Under the pieces are notes generated by a model that saw nothing but the letters and a program-made list of their open reading frames with translations, did no database searches and was not told where the DNA came from. Both the position numbers and the translations under genes were made by a program. A stretch of DNA of 63,917 nt, counting the filler, from Octopus bimaculoides (taxonomy: Eukaryota), in the NCBI RefSeq assembly GCF_001194135.2. It is 6 parts of 5 records of this genome, joined end to end, with 100 filler letters (N's around TTAATTAATTAA, not from the genome) between each part and the next. Parts side by side here need not be neighbours in the genome. Positions count along the whole stretch, not along the records: positions 6,883 to 27,991 come from NC_068987.1; positions 28,092 to 30,542 come from NC_068987.1; positions 30,643 to 56,341 come from NC_068985.1; 3 more parts are not named here. One strand, written 5' to 3'. Within the stretch, counting starts at the first letter, position 1. Each line of letters starts with the position of its first letter. Below, in pieces: positions 24,991-37,225 of the stretch.

Positions 24991-27284
24991 CTTTCTTTAC
25001 AATGCTGCATATTCAAATTGATACCTTTACAGATGTTAAATAATCCAATATCAGTTAAATCAAACACAATTCCTTCGGAGACATCTAATGAGATTGATAA
25101 AAAGGATTTCATTATTTTTTTGTCCAACCTTCACGTTTCAAAATACAATGATGTCTATTGTAACAACTTTCGATACTTGCTGGCGGGATGTAGTTACATG
25201 GAGAGAAATAAAGATTATTGAAACGTAGCATGTAGGCCACCGAAATCCAAGCGATATGATCGCAGTAAACCAACCTTCACGCTTGAATTTTTTATATTAA
25301 AACTTCCTTGATTAAAATGTTAATGTCCTTTGACGTTCATGTCAGTTTTGTTTTTCCCTCGGGTAAATTTTCTACTACCCGACTGTCAATTCTGTGACAA
25401 ATAAACTAATGTTAAAGCACGCAAGTACTGAGTGCAAAATGTATGCTCATGTTTAGAAGCACTGTTTATAACGACTTCCTTCGTTTCTTGCATATTGCTT
25501 CATTAATCGCTACGCGGAAGGGATGTAAACATCTATTCCCTGCGATCCTCCAAATAAAAACACATTAGTGGTGTTCTCTCTAGTGAACTCAAAGCAACAT
25601 TACAGACTTCAATTGCAACTCTCCTTACCAAAACGTGATTAGAGAACGGAAGATTACACATTACTTTATTCTTTATACTTTCACACACAGTGAGAGAATG
25701 CGAAATATAATATTAAATTTTACAGAACGTATTAACGTAACATTAATGTATCATGAATGTATGTTGCCAACTAAACTGCAGCGTTTAATATCCACAAGCG
25801 ATTCGTGTTATAAATCCTATTAAAAATGATATATGATACAGAATTACAATGGAATTATTCCAGTGTATATTATATCAACAATGTTTGATATTTCAATATT
25901 TGTTGCTTATTTTCTCTTAGTTATCTAAACGGCATTGTAATCTTGCTGACGGTAAAAATAAATATAAAACGCGAAAGCATAATAAATACGTGAATATGTA
26001 AGCAAATAAATAAATGTTTTTCATTAAATAATATGCTCAATTACGTATCTATCCATATCCATATGGCGTTTTATTTCTGATATAATCATGAATGTATGCA
26101 GATATTGACTGCCTGAAAGAGATGAATGCATGTGTTGAACAATCTGCTACGTTCTTTTGCACATCAAAATTATTCTATTATTTTCTTATTCTTTATTTAA
26201 AAAGCACAGAATGAAAACAGTTGTTATCTCACAGTGTTTCAAAGAGAGCAAAATCGTGGCAGTCGAATAATAATAATGATTAAAAAAAATATACGGCTGC
26301 GGTGTACTGTTAATATAGGCTGCAATCATACTGCAATCGTTAATCTGAAATGTAGAAACATTTCATGAAAAAGAAAATACATCGTTGAAATTTTCTCGGT
26401 ATCAGCTGTTATTAAATATTAACGGAGATATGAAAACGGTGTCTAATATTTAGTTTCTAATTTAGGTCCCTTGTGTGAATCTATCTAGAGTCTGAAGAAA
26501 TTAGGGATTGGAACTGCATATCTAAACAATGTGACATGGTTAACTGACAAACTATACTTATTAGAAATTATAATATTTGAATATATTTCTGCATATACAT
26601 GGAAAGAAAGAGGTCAAGGAGCCGCTAAATCTACACACATACACCCATAAACTTATGCATATACACACAGAAGATATATGTAAATATACATCCTCACTTA
26701 TGGTCTTGAATATTAGGTGATGACCGAATGAGTATGATCGCGAATATAATTGGTTGAAATGGAAGATCTTCGAGGATAACAAGTGAAACGTTACTTGAAA
26801 GGGAGCGTCGCAGTGAGATCAGGATGCCTGATCGAGAAACTATGAGATCTCTTATCTTTAAGCTTTTACTTGTTTCGGTTATTTGAATGCAGTCACGCTG
26901 GAACACAGCCTTGAAGTAATTAAGTCAAATAAATGAACCTCATGACTTTTTATAAGCCTAGTACTTATTGTATCGCTGTCTCTTGCATAATCACTAAGTT
27001 ACAGGGACGAAACAGCACGAACAGCGGTTGTGAAATTGTAGCGGTGGTAGTGGTTGGACGAATACAGACACAAATAAAAACATATAAATACATACAGCTC
27101 TTGCGGCTCTACGGCTCGGTGTTAATGCAGATGCCCAACTACTCAAATGTAAACGTGATATATCTTCAATATGCAACAGCGTTTTATAAAGTCGACCATA
27201 ATATGATATGTCACAAACTGCGTGATCTTAACATAGTTGGAAATATTGGAAAGTGATTACACGACACTCTAAAAGATAGAAATC

Positions 27285-27827
27285 AGGTAATAGTGGCCAA
27301 CGGAGCCACCTCAAAGGAAACACAAACATTAAGTGGTGTTGCACAGGGCATTGTCTTAGGGCCACTGCTATTTAGAGTGGCCCTCTCAGATTTGCTCTCA
27401 GCTGCTCATAGAGCCACCGTTGTTAGTTATACAGATGACACGAAAGTCTCCCAGAGGATTCAGAACCCTGGGAATATTGTGCATCTGCAATGGGAGTTAG
27501 TCTCAAAATACTGGTGGGCTGAGGACAACATCACGCAGCTTAATGCAAGAAAGTTCCAAGCTCTGCGCTAGTGGCACACAGAGCTGAACGAAATGCATAT
27601 AGGATACACTGACCCAGGAGGAATTGCAATCTCGGAATAAAAATCAATGCGTGACCTGGACATTGACATGATCAATATGTATCTCTCTAGCTGAATATTA
27701 CTTACGTGGCAATAAAACGCAGACGTCTAGCTGGCTGGATCTTCCGAACTTTCTGAACGGCAGAAGAGGAAACCATGATGGTCCTTTGGAGGACATATGT
27801 CCTCAGCCGCTTAGAATACTGTTCACA
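27285..27827 (+). mobile_element. CR1/L2-like LINE RT C-terminal fragment
   Basis: SGVAQGIVLGPLLF…YTDDTK…LNARKF, then GWIFRTF…TMMVLWRTYVLSRLEYCS; standard CR1-group RT motifs. Confidence 0.85.
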
Positions 27828-27932
27828 AGGCTTTGGTCGGCTCGAGGCTATGGTAGAAAACACTAGCACAATGTTCCACGCAGTGGTACTGTACACGGAA
27901 CCATGCGGTTTGGAAGCAAGTGTCTTACCACG
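27823..27932 (-). mobile_element. SINE family A head fragment
   Basis: CACAAGGCTTTGGTCGGC.CGAGGCTAT.GTAGAA.ACACT is near-identical to 7560-7600. Confidence 0.8.
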
Positions 27933-28331
27933 GTGAAAGCCGAGACAAATAAAGGGAAACATTTGAGTAAGTGAAAAAATATCGGGATAAANNNNNNNNN
28001 NNNNNNNNNNNNNNNNNNNNNNNNNNNNNNNNNNNTTAATTAATTAANNNNNNNNNNNNNNNNNNNNNNNNNNNNNNNNNNNNNNNNNNNNTATATATAT
28101 ATATATATATATATATCCACTTCAAACAATGTAACAACACACGTGCTGTTGGCGATTTCTTTTCCTTCCTTGGGACTTTTCTCTTTCTCTTTTCCAACGA
28201 AGAGCTATGCTCAAAACGTTAAAAACTCTCTCCTTTTACCATGCGTCAAGCTAATGGATTAATTGTGCACGGCCGCTTATCTGTTAATTTTATTGTTCGT
28301 TCGTTTGAATTGACTATGTCTGTGTGTGTGT

Positions 28332-28362
<31 letters not shown>

Positions 28363-28941
28363 GATGTGTGTGTGTGTATATGTATGTATGTGTGTAGAAA
28401 GGTAACACACGAGTTGATATGTATAAGGAAAAAAAGACAAGTAGAAAATGCTAAAATAATTTTATCATGACGTATATTTTAGTATCGGTTTCCGTCGTTT
28501 AGACTTTTTCAACTAAGAGTAAATTAAGAAAAACAATTAAATTGGAGAAAAAACATTTAAATGAAATGCTTTGTAAATATTTCCATTGTCTTCAAATAGG
28601 AAAATATTTCCATAGTCTTCAGATAGTCTGTCTGTCTGTCTTTCTCTCTTCCTTTGTGAATGCTTGGTAGGTAGTAGTAAATTTGAAGGAATAGTTTACG
28701 TGTACAGAGAACTGATGGTTTAAGCAGGAGCAGCCGAGGGAGGAGGAGGAGGTGAAGAAGAAGAAGGAGGAGGGGGAGGGGGAGAGAGGAACCGCTACAT
28801 TACGGGAACATGAATTAACACTGGGTATCAACCAATAGTGGGACACACATGCACACATACGTACGACGGGCTTCGATTTTGTGGGGCACCAGGACGATAG
28901 ATATTAAAAACCACGTAATTAGTCTATGGATTACTGCTACA

Positions 28942-28982
<41 letters not shown>

Positions 28983-29264
28983 AGCACATAAGTGCCAAAC
29001 AAGGTGGAAAAAGATAGTACTCAAATACCAAAGGCAGAGTATTTTAACACCCGTCTGGTGACCTCATTTCAATATTAATCAATACTACCAATTATTTTCT
29101 TGACTCCTCCACCCGCGCTCTAAGCAAGGTTTTTTTTCGATCACTTTATAATATCTACATTTATATACATCTTACTGGTAATTTTCAACCTCACCCAACT
29201 GGTAAGGAATATTACACCGTTATAGTTTGAAAATCAACCACTCAATCAAATTTAAATGCTTATT

Positions 29265-29302
<38 letters not shown>

Positions 29303-29336
29303 CGTGTGCGTATAACAATAATAATAACGACAATAA

Positions 29337-29433
29337 TTCTAGGATGGAATTTATAAATATTTAATACATCGCTTCGCGCGTTTCCACAAAATCATTAAAT
29401 ATGTATTAGATATTTATAAATTCCATCCTAGAA
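29337..29433. repeat. 33-bp inverted repeat (32/33) with 31-nt spacer
   Basis: Arms 29337-29369 and 29401-29433, read directly. Confidence 0.9.
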
Positions 29434-29719
29434 CTACAGTTATTATATATATCCTACATTATATCGGTTTAACCACGATGCAAGCCCCCAAAACTGACTT
29501 ATTAGTCAGTATCATTAGACGGTAGCCGGCATAATGAAATAGGATCTTTATTTGCATACCCTTAACATTACCATAAACGGATTTAATATATATAGTGTCA
29601 CGTGGCGGGATAGAAGAACGTATGTCTTGGGTGCAGAAATAGAAGGAAGTTACATCACATGATCTTATGTTTAGTTACCAATATGACATTTTTATTGTGG
29701 CGATATTATAGGGAGTTTT

Positions 29720-29781
29720 AAGGCAGCGAGCTGGCAGAATCGGTAGAACGCCAGGCAAAATGCTTAGTGGTATTTCCTGTC
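29720..29781 (+). mobile_element. SINE family B head only
   Basis: AAGGCAGCGAGCTGGCAGAATCG.TAG.ACGCC.GGC.AAATGCTTAG.GGTATTTC; truncated at the fold-back element. Confidence 0.8.
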
Positions 29782-29782
29782 A

Positions 29783-29941
29783 GCCTTGACACATTTCCTG
29801 TGTCCTTATATTTATGAGTCGTGCTACTTCAGGCTGATGACGAGCAATGACTCAGAAACATGTCCCTGAATGCAGGCTAGGCTGGGTGGAGGTGCTTGTC
29901 TCCACCTCATAAATATAAGGACACAGGAAATGTGTCAAGGC
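29783..29941 (+). mobile_element. Fold-back element with perfect 36-bp inverted arms enclosing a hammerhead (Penelope pLTR-like)
   Basis: Arms 29783-29818 and 29906-29941 are exact reverse complements. The PLE assignment is inferred from the hammerhead type and the inverted-arm layout. Confidence 0.7.
29828..29870 (+). ncRNA. Type I minimal hammerhead ribozyme motif
   Basis: Stem I TTCAGG/CCTGAA (6 bp, perfect); core CTGATGA 29834-29840; stem II GAG/CTC around CAATGA with a C-A closing mismatch; GAAA 29855-29858; palindromic stem III ACATGT; GUC cleavage triplet ending 29864. Confidence 0.8.
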
Positions 29942-30338
29942 CGATAGAAAGTGGTCCAGTTTCCTAGGGCTAAATGGCAACAGTATGATTCCCTTATTGG
30001 GATTGTCACGTTAAGTTGACAGTATACAACTGCTTTGCGAAAATGACTATACTGAAAATCATCAATACTATTTTTATAGACTATACTATTATATAATTTT
30101 TAAAAAATAAATAAACCTTATTTCGCGGAACCCCAGAATTTTTTCAACGAACCCTTGGCTTCCTCAAAATCCCCTTTGAGGAACGTTAGTCTAAAGAAAT
30201 GTCTGCTAGCGAAAATGGTAATCAGCTCATGCTGTGATCTTAATTATTTTTCAAAATACCATGAATATCTGAAAAGCTCCTTTATAAATTCTTTTGTAGT
30301 TATGGAATATCAATAAATATGACTAAACTTCCTAACCA

Positions 30339-30512
30339 TTAGCGGTATTTCGTTTGTCTTTATATCCTGAGTTCAAATTCCGCCGAGCTCCACTTTGCCT
30401 TTCATTCTTTCGGGGTCGATAAATTAAGTACCAGTTGCGTACTGGGCTCGATCTAATCGACTGGCCGCCTCCCCCCAAATTTCGGGCCTTGTGCCTAGAG
30501 TAGAAAAGAATA
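30339..30512 (+). mobile_element. SINE family B lacking its head
   Basis: TTAGCGGTATTTCG…GAGTTCAAATTCCGCCGAG…GGCCTTGTGCCTAGAGTAGAAAAGAAT, followed by (TA)n. Confidence 0.85.
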
Positions 30513-30642
30513 TGCATATATATATATATATATATATATATANNNNNNNNNNNNNNNNNNNNNNNNNNNNNNNNNNNNNNNNNNNNTTAATTAATTAANN
30601 NNNNNNNNNNNNNNNNNNNNNNNNNNNNNNNNNNNNNNNNNN

Positions 30643-30679
<37 letters not shown>

Positions 30680-31099
30680 TCATATATACATATATGTAAG
30701 TTTAGATACGCACACATATGTAGATGAAATATGTGCATGCATCTTGTTTGTATAGTGTGAGACAGGAGATAAATGAAGAATAGGCCTGCGGATAAGAAGC
30801 ACACATCAAAATAGAATATATTACTTTTTACCAATCATCAAAAGACAGCCTTATGCTGCAAAATTTTGCTTAGCTACCACGTAGTTAATGGCTCGATCCC
30901 GATGTGCTGGAAGATAACATCACATATCAATATATCAAAGATGTGTAACACATATGAAATAATGCTGGGATGCAGGCTAAATCCAGCGGAAACGAAATTT
31001 ATCCTAAAATGCTTACGGAATTGTAGAAACACATTCTGACTTTAAAGACTGTTTAAGAAGGAGTTTCAAATTATCCACATACGCTATATATAATTACTC

Positions 31100-32060
31100 G
31101 AAGTAGCAATTAGGAGATCCGTTCAAAATAGGCAGATCTGTCCACAATATTCCGAGCAAATGTTCAGAATGCCCGTGATATGAGCGCAACCCCAAAATGC
31201 AAAGAAATTGTACCAGGAATTTGTTGAAAAAAGTGAAGAACGTTTACGAAGCAAGCGACGTGAAAGAAGAATTTCAAAATGCTGAGTCAATCTTGATTTC
31301 AAGCGATACCACTGGAAAAGTTAGACTCCAAGGAAATTCAATCCTCTCAAGAAGGATGATCTAAACCAAAGAGTGGAGCTTTGTGAGAGTTATATTGCAA
31401 GACGTATAGGAAATGAAGGTTTTCCAATATCGGTTGTTTGTAGTGGTGAGGATACTTTCGAAATTAATGGCAAAATTAACTACTACAATTTCACCTACAA
31501 GGAACCTAATATTCAGCATAATACGGAGAAGCATTGTGCTAATTAACCTGGAGTTAGATGAACTGTGGCTTATTATGAAATGTATTAAGTGGATCATTCT
31601 TTTCTGACGTTATTTTGACCGGTTACGTTTACTGGAACGTGTTGCAATAGTCCGTCATGCCGAACATTCAGAACATTTAAAATATATTTTTATTTCCAGG
31701 ACGATGAAGCACACCCAAGTTACCGTAGTGGTTTTAAAGATCCAAGTCACTAAGGGGGTTGATTCCACGGAAAGGTTCAGTAGAATATACTCAAGTTTCG
31801 CTCAACCTTAAACTATTAGAGATTTTTATTGGGTACGGGAAAGTTAAAGCTTAGTATACACAGGTAGCAACAATCGAAGACTTAGGGTTACCACTGAATG
31901 ACAAGGTGCGCAAATAGAGAAATGGATAAATAATTATTTGTCGATGATTTTTATTCCATTGCTTCCCGTTATTAATATGTCATGGACCAGAACGGTCATC
32001 GGTTTAAAACACGATCATAATTTGTCTGTAGCCTCGTAAATTTTGAAAAATGGAATCTAT
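31100..32060 (+). mobile_element. Degraded Tc1/mariner transposase (rosa/DD41D-like)
   Basis: LKKDDLNQRVELCE…VVCSGEDTFEINGKINYYN (cf. FSDEAxFxLxGxVN) and FQDDEAHP at 31694 (cf. FQQDGAPPH). Many lesions; ends approximate. Confidence 0.6.
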
Positions 32061-32576
32061 CCTCATAAACACTAACTTTATTATCACGCAATATGGCTAT
32101 ACGTTTTATGGGAGACATTGTATTTTCTACGAGCACTTTTACTAAATGTTTTAAAATAAAATGAAAATACGCTTTTCTAACAGTCTAAAATTTTTCCAGG
32201 AAACTCGAAGCATCCGGAAATATTGGCTTTCAGAAATTAATGGTTTAATCTGATCAGAATATTACTATAAAATTCAGCCAGCCATTGATAAATTAGTGTA
32301 AGTTAATTCTATGGCATATATACCACACTTAAATGGCGTCTATACGGAACACACTTATATATATANNNNNNNNNNNNNNNNNNNNNNNNNNNNNNNNNNN
32401 NNNNNNNNNNNNNNNNNNNNNNNNNNNNNNNNNNNNNNNNNNNNNNNNNNNNNNNNNNNNNNNNNNNNNNNNNNNNNNNNNNNNNNNNNNNNNNNNNNNN
32501 NNNNNNNNNNNNNNNNNNNNNNNNNNNNNNNNNNNNNNNNNNNNCATACAGCAGTAAAAGATTTAGATAGAGTTAC

Positions 32577-32649
32577 GGCCGGTCTATGGGTTACCCGGAA
32601 TTTCGCGTCTGTAAAGCGCTTAGGGTCTGGGTAACACCATAGACCGACC
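32577..32649. repeat. 73-bp fold-back (mini-MITE-like)
   Basis: GGCCGGTCTATGG-GTTACCCGGA (32577-32599) pairs with TCTGGGTAACACCATAGACCGACC (32626-32649), with 2 mismatches and 1 bulge. Confidence 0.7.
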
Positions 32650-32774
32650 ATGACTTTCTTTATCTAAATATATCAATATATCAAAGATGTGTAACACATA
32701 TGAAATAATGCTTGGATGCAGACTAAATCCAGCGGAAACGAAATTTATCCTAAAGTGCTTACGGAATCATAACG

Positions 32775-32996
32775 TCGTCGGTTCTATTTCTGGCGGTGTG
32801 TTGTGTCCTTGATGAAAGCATTTATTTCACGTTACTCCCGTCCAGCGAATTGGCAACAATGAGTAGTACCTGCATTTTTGTTGTCCAGTCTTGTCACGTG
32901 TGAGGTGTTCAACTAGTTGCACGTTAATTTCAGGAGCAGGGTGTTCGGTTGGTCGAATTAGCTGGAAAACACATCATCGTAACTGACGTAGTACCA
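32775..32996 (+). mobile_element. SINE family D/C hybrid-type, degraded
   Basis: The 5' part TTGTGTCCTTG…TTTATTTCACGTT matches the 44330-44618 element; the 3' part TTGCACGTTAATTTCA.GAGCAGG matches 4431-4510. Confidence 0.7.
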
Positions 32997-33043
32997 GTTA
33001 TTTTAATTCATCTAGTGTAATCCATTTCTCTCCCTCTTTCTCC

Positions 33044-33081
<38 letters not shown>

Positions 33082-33168
33082 NNNNNNNNNNNNNNNNNNN
33101 NNNNNNNNNNNNNNNNNNNNNNNNNNNNNNNNNNNNNNNNTTCTGCTGTCATTGTTTCCTATTTATAG

Positions 33169-33209
33169 GTAATACGTCACTGTGTAGAGAACTGGCCGAC
33201 GCAATTTAG
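33169..33209 (+). CDS. Candidate 41-nt internal exon (VIRHCVENWPTQF+AG)
   Basis: Pyrimidine-rich acceptor TTGTTTCCTATTTATAG| and donor TTAG|GTATGT; only one of three frames is open. No transcript evidence. Confidence 0.4.
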
Positions 33210-34618
33210 GTATGTTGTGTGTCTCCAGAATATGACTTAATCTGTAACAGGATGTGGTTCATTACTACCATGTGGTTCGGCCGCTTCAGAAACCTACCAA
33301 GCTGTAGGAATTATGATATATTATTAATCAAAATATTTGCTTATCCGCATTTTAATATTTTGCTAGCTGCATATGACTGAGGGAAATATGTTTATTAGGC
33401 AGTAATTCTAGATAAGCGCTATTTTAATATTTTTTCAGTCAGATTTATCAATGACATGCCGCCTATATTATTCAGTAAAATTGGTACTTGCAATACAAGT
33501 TGGTAGAAGCAATTGAATATACGATTCCCTCCTACGCACATTCGATCTTATATTGAAAGAACTAATCAATGTTTGACCTTGTGGACTACAGAATTTACAG
33601 AATTAATACTATTTAATACGAAAAGAGCAAATAGAATAAAAGAGTGAGTCAATATTTTGTTTTAAATAATGTATTGACATAAAACAATAGCTAGTATTTA
33701 TTATGTCTGAAAATAATATTAACTTTTAAATATAAAGTACAGTAAGAGAGGAATGACATGAAAGCTTTTGAATATCTTGTTCATGAAAGAAAAGGAATAA
33801 AAAAAAAACGTATCGATTATGAATTTTAAAAAGATAATTGAGAAGGAAACTAAGCTCTGGGGAAGAAACCTATGTTGTTAATAGACGGAGACAATTCAAC
33901 GTTGACAATAGATCTGTGGACGACTTTACATTGCACTGGAACAACGGTTCAAATATATTAGTTTTCTGTAATGGAATAGATGAACTTTGCAGGGGAAAAT
34001 AAAATAACACAAATATCGTCTTCTCTGTGTTCTTTTTGTTATTTACCAAAGACCATTAGAATATTTACTAATGTAATTATTAATTAAAAAGAAACAAAAC
34101 AAATTACGTTCATTCAATTGTCATTTATTTGTGACAATGGCGTCTGTAAATGTTCCTCCGTTCATCAAAGTTCATGAAAATTATTATCCACTCTTTTCCT
34201 TCTCATTTTATACTACTATTACTACTACTACAATGATGGCGGCTATGACTCCTACTACTGCTGCTGCTAGGAGTGGGTGTCGGTGGTGGCTGTTCTGCTG
34301 CTGCTGTGACATCTGCATTTATAATCTTCTGCTGATTCCACAATGTTTCAGACCAATTTCGTATTTCATATTCCTAGTTTCTTAAGTTCTAAACCTCACC
34401 ACGAAACAAGTGTATCGTTAACAGCTAGATGGTTATCTTTTCATCAATACACTGACATTCAGTCCAGTTTTTGCCTGACGTGATCCGATTTCAATATTCT
34501 TCTAATGCAACTACTATACTTCTCTAAAAATACAAATCTCTTTAACTATTCCACAGAAATTAGTATTTGTATTTGTGCACATGATGGACTTATGACTTTA
34601 TAATATGGCGTCACCGCA

Positions 34619-34766
34619 AGAAGCCGAGCTGGCAGAACCGTTAGCATGCCGGGCGAAATGCTTAACGGTATTCCATCTGTCTTTACGTTCTGCGTTTAAA
34701 TTCCGCCGAGGTCAACTTTGCCTTCCATCCTTTCGGGGTGGATAAATTAAGTACCAGTTGCGTACT
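34619..34766 (+). mobile_element. SINE family B, 3'-truncated
   Basis: CGAGCTGGCAGAA.CGTTAGCA.GCCGGGCGAAATGCTTA…AAATTCCGCCGAGGTC…AAGTACCAGTTGCGTACT. Confidence 0.85.
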
Positions 34767-36559
34767 TTATTAGGTATATACAGTGTGGGTGTATTTCCTA
34801 TTTAGTAGTGGAATGTTTCATTTTAGGATGTACACCTGTATTTGTCTGAGTGTTGGGTCCTTCGGTAGAGTTGTTAGTATGCTGTTATGTAGACGTATAT
34901 ATNNNNNNNNNNNNNNNNNNNNNNNNNNNNNNNNNNNNNNNNNNNNNNNNNNNNNNNNNNNNNNNNNNNNNNNNNNNNNNNNNNNNNNNNNNNNNNNNNN
35001 NNNNNNNNNNNNNNNNNNNNNNNNNNNNNNNNNNNNNNNNNNNNNNNNNNNNNNNNNNNNNNNNNNNNNNNNNNNNNNNNNNNNNNNNNNNNNNNNNNNN
35101 NNNNNNNNNNNNNNNNNNNNNNNTTGATATATAAGTGAATAGATAGATAAGTACATATGGACAGACATGCACACATATACACATAGACATACACAAATGC
35201 ATGCACAAATAAAAACGGAAACACATGACCACACACACACACTTATATAGTCACACAAATACATGAATATCCAGAATACATACATGCAAACAAAACGCAC
35301 ATACGCATACGTGTCTATACACACACACACACACATACATACATACATACATACATACATACATACATACATACATGCATATATACTTACAGACATGTGT
35401 ATATACATACACAGTGACGCACACACATGCGAACAAGCAAAACAAATAAAAAGAACGAAGGTCTGATAACGGACTGAGTCAACGACTAATGAAAATGTTG
35501 CAAGACGCAACGACAATTTTAGAAATAATAAATAAGTGAATGAGTAGAAACAGAATTGGTGAGTGTGTTAAATAAGAAGGCACCAAAAGAAAATAACTCT
35601 CTCCATACACAATAAAATATTAAATGTAATCATCACCTTTAATAACTTTCCTTTTTTGCATCATATTGGACGTTCACCTAAGATTCTTAATTTTATTAGC
35701 CAGGGTCAGTTTTGTATAATTTAAGAGATCACCTGCTGCAACGGTCTTCACATACATAGTGCTCCCTCTGCCTATGTTATGTAATCCCGAATCTATTTTG
35801 TTCTTGATTGACTATATTCACCGTAGCAAAAACTGAATTGAGCATTTTACCATAATATCACATCATTCCAGCTGAGTCATGCAACATTTTTTGTGCCAGC
35901 AAAATTTATACCATGTTATGATATATTGCGACGTTGGCCAGAATCAGGTTTATTTTTATTTGAAGCAAGACAGCTTTATTTAATCTTCTTCGCAATTTGA
36001 CCGTTCTATTTATCACACGTTTCAGATTTCTTTAGAGAAACTAAATCAAAAGAAATTCCAATACATTCTTGTCCAAGACAGAATCTCCATTTTTAAACAT
36101 GTATTATTTCCAAGAACAGAGCCAAATTATTTGCCAAACTGACCTGCATAAATCATTCAACCTACTGAAACGTTTTGAGAAGGATATAAAATTCACAACT
36201 ATTACCGTATCCATATTTTGGGGGTAAAGTGACACAATATTGACATACCCATTGGTTCAATCAGTTGGTTCAAATGCATGTATGTGTGTAAAATAATGGT
36301 TTCCCTTTGATTAAATAACTTATATTATGACCATATGTAACGTTTCTCGCATTCGTATCTCATGATTATTTTAATGAAGACACATGTATAAATTTTATGA
36401 TTTTCCAGGCCTCTATTATTTGCGAAATATCGGTTATATCTCATTACTGCGGAAGACATCATTTATGTAATCAGCAACTGCCCTATCCCCACCAAACTAT
36501 TCAAGGCTCCCGATGCGACATGACTTAGATGCTAAAGCAATATACAGTGGCATTTTAAA

Positions 36560-37225
36560 TAAGACCATAGTCCTCTGGGTTAAATAGACAAAATCAGTCT
36601 GTTGTTGACTTATCAACAACTCACATAAGCATCATTCAAACGGTATATTGGAAATGCATTGGCATGCGTATAGAAAAATCTCTAACTACAAAACACATAT
36701 TTCTACAAATAAGCAGTTGTTCGAAAATGTCTTCAGGGTATTATCTACCGATGATGCATGATGTATCGAAGACATTGTATGAAATAATAAATGATAAATG
36801 TGCTGCCAAAGAAATAAGAACCCACGGTATGATAGAATCCATAGCAACTCATAATAAGGAGTACTGGTGGATTATCCCAGAGAAAATTTCAATAAAATGT
36901 AAACATAATAGGACTAACATAGTGATCAGGGTCGGTGTAGCGAAACTGTATATGGTTGGGGCATATAGTTTACCTGCGGATGTTAACATAAATCTGAAGA
37001 TGAGCAACAAGAAAACACACCTACGCTAAACTATTGAGAAATATAGAGTTACTTTACCAAGTTTCCAAGCTCAGGTCTATATATGTAATTATTGATGTAT
37101 TGGGGTATGTAACGCACTGCCTAAGTACTAATCTTGAGAAATTACGTCTCACAAATCAAGAAAGGAGAAAGCTGATTAGAAGACTACAGAACCAGGCCAT
37201 CACTAGAATTGTAAAGAACTGTAAA
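36560..37225 (+). mobile_element. RLE-clade (R4-like) LINE C-terminal zinc-knuckle/endonuclease fragment
   Basis: ISSCSKMSSGYYLPMMHD (cf. HIxSGC…YxxRHD), EYWW, KHNRTNIV (cf. HNRPDI), PADVNI..K, IIDVLGYV (cf. IIGALG). Stops and frameshifts; ends at a gap. Confidence 0.8.

Noticed and set aside
26717-26886. Exon-like frame with an in-frame TGA (26755) that A-to-I editing could recode
   Set aside because: No homology or donor support, and its end overlaps a SINE A tail; pure speculation.
29720-30512. One SINE split by a 556-bp insertion with ~20-bp TSD (29764-29781 / 30339-30358)
   Set aside because: The two putative TSD copies differ at about 4 positions while the fold-back arms are perfect, and the interval includes older unrelated sequence (hAT-like end near 30121-30195). 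Two independent truncated SINEs is simpler; not fully excluded.
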